Origin: an uncultured bacterium
GTDB lineage: Bacteria; JAJVIF01; JAPKYR01
NCBI GenBank assembly: GCA_965369865.1
Contig: CBDURU010000085.1
Location: 1 to 15,642 of the forward strand
Direction: 5' to 3'
DNA: 15,642 nt
In this document: positions 6,532 to 14,478 of the stretch, piece after piece
Layout: each line of letters begins with the position of its first letter
How positions within the stretch are numbered: the first letter of the stretch is position 1
Notes under the pieces: model-generated
The model's database searches: none
Seen by the model: only the letters and a program-made list of their open reading frames with translations
What the model was told of the DNA's origin: nothing
Translations under genes and position numbers: made by a program

Positions 6532-9051
6532 ATGGACAAACCGCGGTTATTATTACTGGTAATTATCATTCTTGGATGCCTGTATTCCAGTCCTGGAATT
6601 TTGGTTGATACTCAAGCCCAGGATGAACTGGATGTTAAGACGATTCAAATTGACGGGCTGGAAGGTCCTGTGTCAATTTTTCGTGACGCGTGGGGTGTCC
6701 CGACAATCAAGGCAGCCACGGATCACGACCTGTTTTTCGGTTACGGCTACTCGGTCGCGACTGACCGCCTGTGGCAGATGGACGGAAGCCGCCGTCTAGC
6801 GCGAGGCCGGATCGCGGAGGTTGCAGGGCAGAGCCAGCTTCACTGGGATATTTACCATCGCAACCTTGGCCTTGGCCGTGCCGCGGACGAATCGGTCGAA
6901 CTTCTCGACCCATTGACCCATGAATATCTCCAGGCGTTTTCCGATGGTGTTAACGCGTATATTGAATCGCACCTGAATTCTCTCTCGTTTGAATTTCTAC
7001 TGATGGATTACCGGCCCGAGCCGTGGACAGTATCGGATTGCCTTGCTGTCACGCGCCTGGTGGCGGTCTGGCTGGCGGCGGATTCATGGGATGAGGAAAT
7101 GTACGGAACACTGATCGATGAGATGGGTGAGGAGGTGGCGTCGAAACTGTTCCCGCCGTCGCCACGAACTGAACCCGAATATATTATGGATTCGGGGGAG
7201 ATTGAAAATTCTGAAGTCGATTGTGTGGAACCTGTTATAGATGATGGTGAAATTGAAGAAGAGCCGTTCGACGAGAATCCAGGCTACTTTTCATCGGGAA
7301 GAGAAGGCCGTGGGGATTTTCAGGGTGAATGGATTCGTCGGGAAATAATTTCAGGATGGCTTGAACCACTGGCGGGGATATCATCGGGCGGACATCTGAA
7401 CGCGAGCAATATCTGGGCTGTCGACGGGTCGATGACCGAAAGCGGAGAACCGATCCTCGCGATGGACCCTCATCTTAATTACTTCGCACCATCGATTCTT
7501 TACGAAGTTGTGCTGGACGGCGAGGAGTTCAATTGCTGGGGGTTAACGTTTCCGGGAATGCCGTTTGTTCCGTTTGGCGCCAATGAGAATATCGCTTGGG
7601 GGGCAAGCAACCTTCCCGCGGACTGCCAGGATATGGTTATCGAACATTTGAATCCCGATGACTCGAACAAGTACGAGGTCGATGGTGAGTGGGTGGATTT
7701 CGAGGTTACCATTGATGATCTGGTGTACAGGGATTCGACCGGCGAAACGCGGACATATGCTCTGAAAATTTACAGGAGCTATCACGGACCTGTTATCGCC
7801 CAGGGAATCGAAACGTACACAGCCCTGAAATGGACCGGCATCGATCCGAGCGACGATGTAACCGGTTACCGCAGGGCAATGGCCGCGTCAACGATCGAGG
7901 AATTCTACGAGGCTTTCAGGGAATACCATTCACCGGCACAGAACCTCTGTGTTGTTGAGAATGGGGAGGATGGGAGAATCGCGCAGATTTTCATTGGAGA
8001 TATCCCGGTAAGGAATGGTTACGACGGCAGGAGTCCGGTCGATGGCAGGGACTCTTCGCTGGACTGGGTCGGGTTTATTCCATATGACGACCTCCCACAC
8101 CGAATCGACCCTGACGAAGGGTATGTAGCACATGCTAACAATATCCCTCTGGATGCGATTGAAAATGATGGAACCAGGCCCCTGGGATATTCATTCACCG
8201 CAAATCACAGGGTAAGTCGGATTATCGAAATGGTTAACTCCAATCCGCTTGGACTCACATTCGAGAACATGCGGAAATTTCAGATGGATGATCTCGATAT
8301 GCCAGCCAGGTATTTTATTCCAAAGCTCCTGGATGCCCTGGAAGGAAACTTCACAGAAGACAATCCTGAAATTTCCAGGTATATTAAACTCATTGCTGAG
8401 TGGGATTACCATCTATCAAAGGACAGTGTTGCAGCGACAATTTACCAGATTTGGGCACTAAAACTTATACAAAATTGCATCAATAATCACCTGCCATCCG
8501 GTGTGACCGGTTACATCGCATACGAGGATCGGTGGATTCAGATACTCGAGGATTACCTTGATGGAGAGTCCGAACTCGACTGGCTAGAATCCGATAATGA
8601 GGACGAAATCTATAATCGTATGGGTACTGCGTTTCTCGACGCAGTAACTGAGCTTCAATCAACATTCGGCTTCGATACTTCGTTTTGGAAATGGGGGGAT
8701 GTAAATGAAGCGATATTTCCCCACCCGTCCGGACAGTCAAACCTGATTGGAGCGGGTTCACATCGATGGGGAGGGGGGAGATACACGGTCAGGGTCGGGC
8801 ATTATTCGCTCTATTCGGGTCCTCCGTTTGTCAATGATTTTGGCGCAGTTTTCCGGGGTGTGGTTGCGAGCATGGAAGGTTCGTGGAGAATAGGAGCTGT
8901 GCTTCCGCCCGGGCAGAGTGGCATTACTTTCGCGCCGCATGGTAGCGACCAGATGGAACTGTGGTTGAATGGAGAGTTGAGGGAAGTGTCGTATGGCATT
9001 ACCGATGCTGAAATAAGTCAAAGAGTCCGACTTGTACCTGTAACAGAGTAA
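6532..9051 (+). CDS. Penicillin acylase family (Ntn-hydrolase) precursor, secreted
   Basis: Signal peptide, RDAWGVPTI, GYGYSVATDRLWQMD, beta-chain start S-NIWAVDG (Ser codon at 7405), DPHL, PGMPFV..G.N..IAWG, HGPVI, PAQNL, HANN, WKWG and PPGQSG. Confidence 0.93.
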   Translation: MDKPRLLLLVIIILGCLYSSPGILVDTQAQDELDVKTIQIDGLEGPVSIFRDAWGVPTIKAATDHDLFFGYGYSVATDRLWQMDGSRRLARGRIAEVAGQSQLHWDIYHRNLGLGRAADESVELLDPLTHEYLQAFSDGVNAYIESHLNSLSFEFLLMDYRPEPWTVSDCLAVTRLVAVWLAADSWDEEMYGTLIDEMGEEVASKLFPPSPRTEPEYIMDSGEIENSEVDCVEPVIDDGEIEEEPFDENPGYFSSGREGRGDFQGEWIRREIISGWLEPLAGISSGGHLNASNIWAVDGSMTESGEPILAMDPHLNYFAPSILYEVVLDGEEFNCWGLTFPGMPFVPFGANENIAWGASNLPADCQDMVIEHLNPDDSNKYEVDGEWVDFEVTIDDLVYRDSTGETRTYALKIYRSYHGPVIAQGIETYTALKWTGIDPSDDVTGYRRAMAASTIEEFYEAFREYHSPAQNLCVVENGEDGRIAQIFIGDIPVRNGYDGRSPVDGRDSSLDWVGFIPYDDLPHRIDPDEGYVAHANNIPLDAIENDGTRPLGYSFTANHRVSRIIEMVNSNPLGLTFENMRKFQMDDLDMPARYFIPKLLDALEGNFTEDNPEISRYIKLIAEWDYHLSKDSVAATIYQIWALKLIQNCINNHLPSGVTGYIAYEDRWIQILEDYLDGESELDWLESDNEDEIYNRMGTAFLDAVTELQSTFGFDTSFWKWGDVNEAIFPHPSGQSNLIGAGSHRWGGGRYTVRVGHYSLYSGPPFVNDFGAVFRGVVASMEGSWRIGAVLPPGQSGITFAPHGSDQMELWLNGELREVSYGITDAEISQRVRLVPVTE

Positions 9052-9444
9052 TTACGGGATAAAGGAACCGGAGGCGAGGAGTGCTACGAACGGGAAGATC
9101 ACGACAATAACATAGAAAATATTTCCTACCGTAAGCATTAACAGCATCGAGCTCCTTACGTTGTCGCGTGAGTATTGAGTTCTAAAAACTTTAATCCCCT
9201 GCTTATCATTCCAACCTCTAATGAGCATGGTTGTAATAAAAATCATTGCCAGGACTTTGATGATCAGAACAAATACAGGTCCTTTTTTCAGGAAGAAATC
9301 GATGAAATAGTTCGCTTCCTCGGCAAGCATCTCACTGGTTGCCAGATAAATGGTCTGGAACGCGTCGGCGAGGTTAAGTCCCCAAAGAATGATCAGGAGT
9401 ATTACAAATGCTGCTGTCGATGGAATCCTTGGTTTGGAATTCAT
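9052..9444 (-). CDS. Small membrane protein, DUF5658-like
   Basis: Three hydrophobic segments and the motif LNLADAFQT..L....EANYFI, resembling the N-x2-D-x3-T...EANP pattern of DUF5658. ATG 9444 is preferred over TTG 9450. Confidence 0.65.
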   Translation of the reverse strand: MNSKPRIPSTAAFVILLIILWGLNLADAFQTIYLATSEMLAEEANYFIDFFLKKGPVFVLIIKVLAMIFITTMLIRGWNDKQGIKVFRTQYSRDNVRSSMLLMLTVGNIFYVIVVIFPFVALLASGSFIP

Positions 9445-9461
9445 TAGCAAGGCTGCAACAG

Positions 9462-9515
9462 TGTCTGACTAATTGTTTCATCCATTCTCTTTAATTACAT
9501 TCCAATTGTCAGACA
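9462..9515. promoter_or_regulatory. Inverted repeat / paired candidate operator boxes upstream of the DUF5658-like gene
   Basis: tgtctgac-t-aattg (9462-9475) and caattgtcagaca (9503-9515) are reverse complements with one bulge. Each contains a TGTCWGAC(A) mini-palindrome. Confidence 0.45.
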
Positions 9516-9547
9516 GAATTTAAAAAACGCAATGAAACGGACTAAAA

Positions 9548-10987
9548 TCAGTCAATGTTTCCAGGTGATGTCAGGGCCTGGGCGACCTGGTACTTGTACC
9601 ATTCATCCTCAACGAGAGCGCGCGCCATCCAGATCGAAGCCTGGGCGGAAACAGTGGGCTGCTCGGGATCGGTCCAGTCATCACCGTATTGCTGGTAATA
9701 ACCATTAGCATCACGCCTGAACACAGGGCCGTTAGACTCAAGCCAGTTCGCGAGAAAATCGACGTCTCCCCTGAATTCGCCGCGTGCTTCCCTGTTGGCA
9801 AAAATATTAGCGAGGTAGAACAGGATCTGGTTGAGTGTTTTTTTAGCTGGGTCAAGGCGTTCCGCCTCACGGTCATGATCGTAAGCGGTATATAAACCGA
9901 AAAAAGTATTTTCAGATAAGCCTGGAGGTGCAGGCAGCCAGAGGGGGCTGTTATTTCCTCCACCCCAGATACCATCGAGAACAGACCGAACAAGGCTCAG
10001 AGCTTCGGGATCCCCCGATGCCCGGCCGTATTCTATAATGGCCCTGATAGCGGAAACCTGCTCGAGGGTATCGATGGTCTGGATCAGGTTTAAGGTGCCT
10101 TCCTGTGAAACAGAGCCCTGTTTCCAGAACATTTTGAAGCGGCTGTCATAAAGAAGGTCCTTGACACCAGCGAACAGGTTTCGTGCCGCGTTGAGCAAGG
10201 CAGGATCGTGACGGTTGCCATAATCCGCCAGCAGTGCGGCGTGGTAGAAATAAAAGGGGGAAGCCTGGCGTGGAAGATTCCGACTGTATTGAAACGCGAG
10301 GCTTTTTGCTTTCATTAGTGGAGTGTTGCTGTTTTCAGGGCCGTCCCCGGTCGCGAAGCGGTTGGCATACTTAAGATAAATATCATCTTCCGTGACCTCA
10401 TACAGCCTGACAAGATCAAAGTATGCACCAAGGGGCCAATCGGCGACAGGATTCCAGCCTTCAGCGAAAAGGTCATGCACTCTCTGACGCGCGAATTCCA
10501 GGTCCTCATCAAACAAGGTCTTGGCGTGAAGGTGCCTGTACATCTCAAGTGTCAGCAGGTAATTTACATTATACTCAACAGATAACAACCATTGTTCGAG
10601 GATCACATGCTGCCCTGTTTCGGCATCCCAGGATGCAACAAATTCCGCGACAGGAGTATCGAGTGGAATCCTGTAGTAAAAATGGAGTGCACTGAGCTGG
10701 TTTTCCAGGAGGTTGTTGTAGCGGTAAGATTCTCCGGGGGGTGGTGCATCCGGGTCGACAGGTGGGTGGGATTCAATTGTAAATTGGCTCGGCCTGGCAT
10801 TGACCCGTGCTAAAAGGTCCAGAAATTCCTGGTTCACGTTTTCTTCAAGGGATTTAAGCCCGTCTGGTTTCGTGGGGACAGGCGGCGCGTTCCAGATCGT
10901 GACAGCCCCTGTTACCCCTGCTGTGATTATCGCAATCATTAAAACTACCAGTATCGTTCCTAAACCACTTGCAAAGGATATACGCAC
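9548..10987 (-). CDS. Secreted or membrane-anchored hypothetical protein, probable (alpha/alpha)6 six-hairpin glycosidase-like fold
   Basis: 479-aa ORF with GGAGG SD (11002-10998) before GTG, an N-terminal hydrophobic helix and a Pro-rich linker. Helical-hairpin repeats LVRLYEVTEDDIYLKYA and IIEYGRASGDPEALSLV are typical of the six-hairpin superfamily. Confidence 0.65.
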   Translation of the reverse strand: MRISFASGLGTILVVLMIAIITAGVTGAVTIWNAPPVPTKPDGLKSLEENVNQEFLDLLARVNARPSQFTIESHPPVDPDAPPPGESYRYNNLLENQLSALHFYYRIPLDTPVAEFVASWDAETGQHVILEQWLLSVEYNVNYLLTLEMYRHLHAKTLFDEDLEFARQRVHDLFAEGWNPVADWPLGAYFDLVRLYEVTEDDIYLKYANRFATGDGPENSNTPLMKAKSLAFQYSRNLPRQASPFYFYHAALLADYGNRHDPALLNAARNLFAGVKDLLYDSRFKMFWKQGSVSQEGTLNLIQTIDTLEQVSAIRAIIEYGRASGDPEALSLVRSVLDGIWGGGNNSPLWLPAPPGLSENTFFGLYTAYDHDREAERLDPAKKTLNQILFYLANIFANREARGEFRGDVDFLANWLESNGPVFRRDANGYYQQYGDDWTDPEQPTVSAQASIWMARALVEDEWYKYQVAQALTSPGNID

Positions 10988-11096
10988 TTTAGAAGCGCCT
11001 CCGAAAATCTGAATTTTCTATGTAATATAGTCAACCGGATTCTACCAGAGTAGTCATAAAGGTGAAAGGGGCAGTGGGATCAAAACCGGTTGAATG

Positions 11097-11147
11097 CATA
11101 TTAAGATACTGATTTTCTTAATATGTTCGCTTTAATTCTATTATAAT
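11097..11147 (+). promoter_or_regulatory. Candidate sigma70 promoter with overlapping 10-bp inverted repeat
   Basis: Perfect TATAAT at 11142-11147 and TTAATA at 11118-11123 (18-nt spacer). Inverted repeat catattaaga (11097-11106) -N9- tcttaatatg (11116-11125). Confidence 0.5.
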
Positions 11148-11170
11148 AAGCAGGGGGATGGAAATAATAA

Positions 11171-12067
11171 ATGATTCTGTCAAATCCGATAACGATTAAG
11201 GAGTTACGGAGCAGGATGCGCGGGATCCGGGCGATCCTCCCAATGATGGCCTATCTCGTGGTCCTCAGCATCTTTGTCCTTACCCAGTTCGCGAGATTCG
11301 GTTCTGAAATAAATTACTCCGAACTTGCTTTAAGCGGAAGAACGCTTGGTTTCTCTCTCCTGTATGTACAAATTTTCCTGGTCCTTCTGCTCTCGCCGGC
11401 GTATGCAGCCAGCGCGATTACAATCGAGAAGGAACGCGAGACATTCGAGACCATGCAGTCAACCATGCTTACAAGCTGGGATATTGTCGCGGGCAAGGTT
11501 TTCTCCGGCGTCAGCTACGGGGTACTACTCGTTCTATCAAGCCTTCCCCTTCTATCGCTTTCATTCTGGATGGGCGGGTTTGACTTTAATCACCTGTTCT
11601 GGGGATTCCTGATTATCAGTACATCGGCGCTCGTGGTCTCCGCGCTTGGAATAATGCTGTCCACTGTATTCGCGCGATCCTACCTTGCGACCGGTGTAAC
11701 TTACGGGGTTGTGATTGTCGGATTCGGAATCGCGTACATATTCCAGTTGATTCTTGACCGATGGTACGCAAATTTCCCGACATCGAGCGGCGGATATGAA
11801 TGGCACACAGCGCCATTCTGGTTAATCTTCTCGATGAATCCGCTCGAGATGCTCCGGGTGCTCGACAGGGACGATGTGAAGGTCGTTTACCAGTTCAATA
11901 ATTTCGCGCACGTCAATCCGCTGATCGATAATCTTAACGAATGGCTGAATGTAAACCATCTGCCTTATTACGTAATCTATGTATTCCTTTCCCTGGCAGC
12001 ATCAATTATTTTACTTTTTCTGGCAAGTCATTTTCTGTTTCGCTCGAGCCGTGGAGACCGCACGTGA
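11171..12067 (+). CDS. ABC-2-type transporter permease subunit
   Basis: NPITIKELRSRMRG N-terminus, AASAITIEKERETFE...T.LTSWDIVAGK loop motif, about 6-7 TM helices and NP motif before the last helix. Confidence 0.85.
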   Translation: MILSNPITIKELRSRMRGIRAILPMMAYLVVLSIFVLTQFARFGSEINYSELALSGRTLGFSLLYVQIFLVLLLSPAYAASAITIEKERETFETMQSTMLTSWDIVAGKVFSGVSYGVLLVLSSLPLLSLSFWMGGFDFNHLFWGFLIISTSALVVSALGIMLSTVFARSYLATGVTYGVVIVGFGIAYIFQLILDRWYANFPTSSGGYEWHTAPFWLIFSMNPLEMLRVLDRDDVKVVYQFNNFAHVNPLIDNLNEWLNVNHLPYYVIYVFLSLAASIILLFLASHFLFRSSRGDRT

Positions 12068-13215
12068 GAATCGGGCTCTCATTCGCAGCGTTAGTAAACA
12101 AGGGGGGGATCGGACGTTATGTCCGCATACTCGCCCGCGAACTTCCCCGTTACTTCCCGGATAATTCCTACGTTGGTTACATTCCCGAATTTCGTGAAGA
12201 CGAAACCCGCAAAGTATTGGCGAAAGAAAATATCGAAAGCTGGGAACTTGTCACCGTTCCATCGGGAAACAGGTGGACGTTTGAGACAAGCGGGGTTCCA
12301 AACGCAATAAGTAAAAACCCGCCGGACCTTTTCCACGGCCCCGATTACCTGGCGCCGAAGTTGAATTGCCCGGTAATTGTAACGGTACACGACCTCGCGT
12401 TCAGGCTGCATCCGGGTGGAATGGCGTTAAGATCAAGGCTCCTTTTCAGGTTTATGACACCGCAAAGTGTTAAACGCGCTGCAGAAACAGGACAGGTGTT
12501 TTGCGACAGCCAGTCGACGCTTGACGATCTGAGGAAATTGAAATGGATCGGGCCTGAGGACGGCACGGTCGTGCATCTGGCGTGCGAGGATGAATTCAGG
12601 GAACGGGTATCGAGGGAAGAGATACATAGTACAATAGATAAATACATGATCCCTGAAAATTACACGCTCTATGTGGGTCCGATTGAGAAAAGGAAAAATA
12701 TCGGTGTGCTTGTGGATGCGTATAACCTGGTCGGGAAGGTGTTAAAGCGGAGGGAGGAAAAAGTTCCGCCCCTTGTTGCTGTCGGACCGCTGGGGGCTGG
12801 CGGAAGGAGCCTTGTGAAGACGCTGGAAAAGTCGAGCGACGGCCATTTTTATTATCTCGGATACATCAACAGGAGTAAACTCAGGGCACTTTATGCCGGG
12901 TGCCGGGTGTTTTGTTATCCCAGCATGTATGAGGGTTTCGGGCTTCCCCCACTAGAAGCCATGAGCCAGGGGCGGGCTGTTGTGGTATCGAACGCGACAA
13001 GCCTTCCCGAGGTGGTCGGCGATGCGGGAATTCTTGTCGATCCGGATGATGTCCAGGGATGGTCTCACGCGATTTTGAGAATCCTGACGAATGAGAAATT
13101 CCGAATCGAGCAGGAACGGAAGTCAGTCGAGCAGAGCGGAAAATTTTCTGTGGGGAAAATGTGTAACGAAGTGATGGAGGGATATAAAAAAGTTCTGGGG
13201 AAAACAGGACAATGA
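12064..13215 (+). CDS. Glycosyltransferase family 4 (MtfB/WbpY-like, putative mannosyl/rhamnosyl transferase)
   Basis: GGIGRY, VTVHDL, YVGPIEKRKN and PSMYEGFGLPPLEAM..G..VVVSN.TSLPEVVGDAG (EX7E). The start is GTG 12064, overlapping the permease stop (GTGA), with GGAG at 12053-12056. The ORF-track start at 11941 is probably too long. Confidence 0.92.
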   Translation: MRIGLSFAALVNKGGIGRYVRILARELPRYFPDNSYVGYIPEFREDETRKVLAKENIESWELVTVPSGNRWTFETSGVPNAISKNPPDLFHGPDYLAPKLNCPVIVTVHDLAFRLHPGGMALRSRLLFRFMTPQSVKRAAETGQVFCDSQSTLDDLRKLKWIGPEDGTVVHLACEDEFRERVSREEIHSTIDKYMIPENYTLYVGPIEKRKNIGVLVDAYNLVGKVLKRREEKVPPLVAVGPLGAGGRSLVKTLEKSSDGHFYYLGYINRSKLRALYAGCRVFCYPSMYEGFGLPPLEAMSQGRAVVVSNATSLPEVVGDAGILVDPDDVQGWSHAILRILTNEKFRIEQERKSVEQSGKFSVGKMCNEVMEGYKKVLGKTGQ

Positions 13216-13221
13216 CCTCTG

Positions 13222-14469
13222 ATGACTGAGAGCCTGGAAAAACAGGATCAGGATCTGTCGGCAGCCGATTATTCGGACATCGGGAAAGTGGTCGTGCTAT
13301 GCGGCAGTTTTCCGCCGATGCCGTGCGGGGTTGGGGATTCCGCATGGGAACTGGGGAAGGAACTCTTTTCGATGGGAGTCGAAATCGAGGCTGTGACCGA
13401 CAAATTCGCGTATGGATGCAGTCGGGACGATGACGATTTCGGCGGGGATACATGTCCGTTCCCGATTCAAAATAAAATCCCGAACTGGGGGCTTGGCGGG
13501 ATTAAAAAAATCGTCCGAACAATTGAAAAGCTGGACCCGAAAATCCTGCACGTGCATTACCCGTCGAAAGCATACGGCAAAGGTCTCGCGGTGCCGTTCC
13601 TGCCGATGTTGATCCATGCACGTCGTCGGAAATTCAAGATCGTAGTTACACTCCATGAATTCAAGCTGAGCCATTCCCTCAGGAAACAGGCCGGCTTCAT
13701 GCTGTTCGAGCCTGCCGACGCCCTGGTGATGCCGTGCCCTTTGGAACTCGATAGTGTAATGCGGAGGCATAAATCGGTCGAGGAAAAAATCCATGACGCG
13801 ATCCCGGTCGGGCCTGTGGGACCGTCGCCCGATCCGATCCCGGATGAAATGAAACGCCAGCTCAGACAGACCGTACGGGAGTCGTGGGGTATCGGGGACG
13901 ATGATGTCGTGCTGATCCATTACGGGACACCGACGAAGTCGAAGGGACTCGAAGTTTTATTCAAAGCGTTGAAACGGCTGGGGGAGGAGGATGAAACACC
14001 AAGGCTCATCATCGCGGGGGATTTTAATCCGGACGAAGATGAATTCCATAAATTATTGCAGCAGCAGACCGTCGGCCTTGGTGTACAGAAACAGGTTACA
14101 TGGCTCGGACGACGGCCGATAGAGGAGCTGCCGGGGATTTTTCTCGCGTCGGATATCGGGATTTTTCCGTTTCTGGATGGATGGAGTTTCCGGCGAAGCA
14201 GCATGACCGGGGTGCTGGCGTGGGATGTCCCGATAATCACGACGAATCCGGATGGCGATATCCCGGGACTATATGAGCAGGACAGGGTCAGGTTTATCGA
14301 ACCCGATGATCCGAAAGCGCTCGCGACGGCGTTGATCCCGCTTCTCGCGAACCCAAAAGCACTGGATGTTTTCAAGGCCGCGAAGAATCCGTTAATGAAA
14401 CATTTCAGGTGGGAGAACATAGCGAAAAATTACATAAACATCTATCGCGAGGTCCTGAAGGATGATTGA
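13222..14469 (+). CDS. Glycosyltransferase family 4 (GT-B), atypical nucleotide-sugar motif
   Basis: FPPMPCGVGD, LHVHYP, VVTLHE, YG....KGLEVL and ASDIGIFPF...VPIITT in GT-B order. Confidence 0.88.
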   Translation: MTESLEKQDQDLSAADYSDIGKVVVLCGSFPPMPCGVGDSAWELGKELFSMGVEIEAVTDKFAYGCSRDDDDFGGDTCPFPIQNKIPNWGLGGIKKIVRTIEKLDPKILHVHYPSKAYGKGLAVPFLPMLIHARRRKFKIVVTLHEFKLSHSLRKQAGFMLFEPADALVMPCPLELDSVMRRHKSVEEKIHDAIPVGPVGPSPDPIPDEMKRQLRQTVRESWGIGDDDVVLIHYGTPTKSKGLEVLFKALKRLGEEDETPRLIIAGDFNPDEDEFHKLLQQQTVGLGVQKQVTWLGRRPIEELPGIFLASDIGIFPFLDGWSFRRSSMTGVLAWDVPIITTNPDGDIPGLYEQDRVRFIEPDDPKALATALIPLLANPKALDVFKAAKNPLMKHFRWENIAKNYINIYREVLKDD

Positions 14470-14478
14470 TTAAAATTA

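Noticed and set aside
11941..12063. N-terminal extension of the first glycosyltransferase in the ORF track
   Set aside because: It overlaps the permease by more than 120 nt. GT-B homology begins at GTG 12064, which has its own SD.
12881..14420. Long antisense ORFs (12881..13453, 13297..13920, 13920..14420) and similar shadow ORFs elsewhere
   Set aside because: They lie opposite well-supported genes and show no recognisable motifs.
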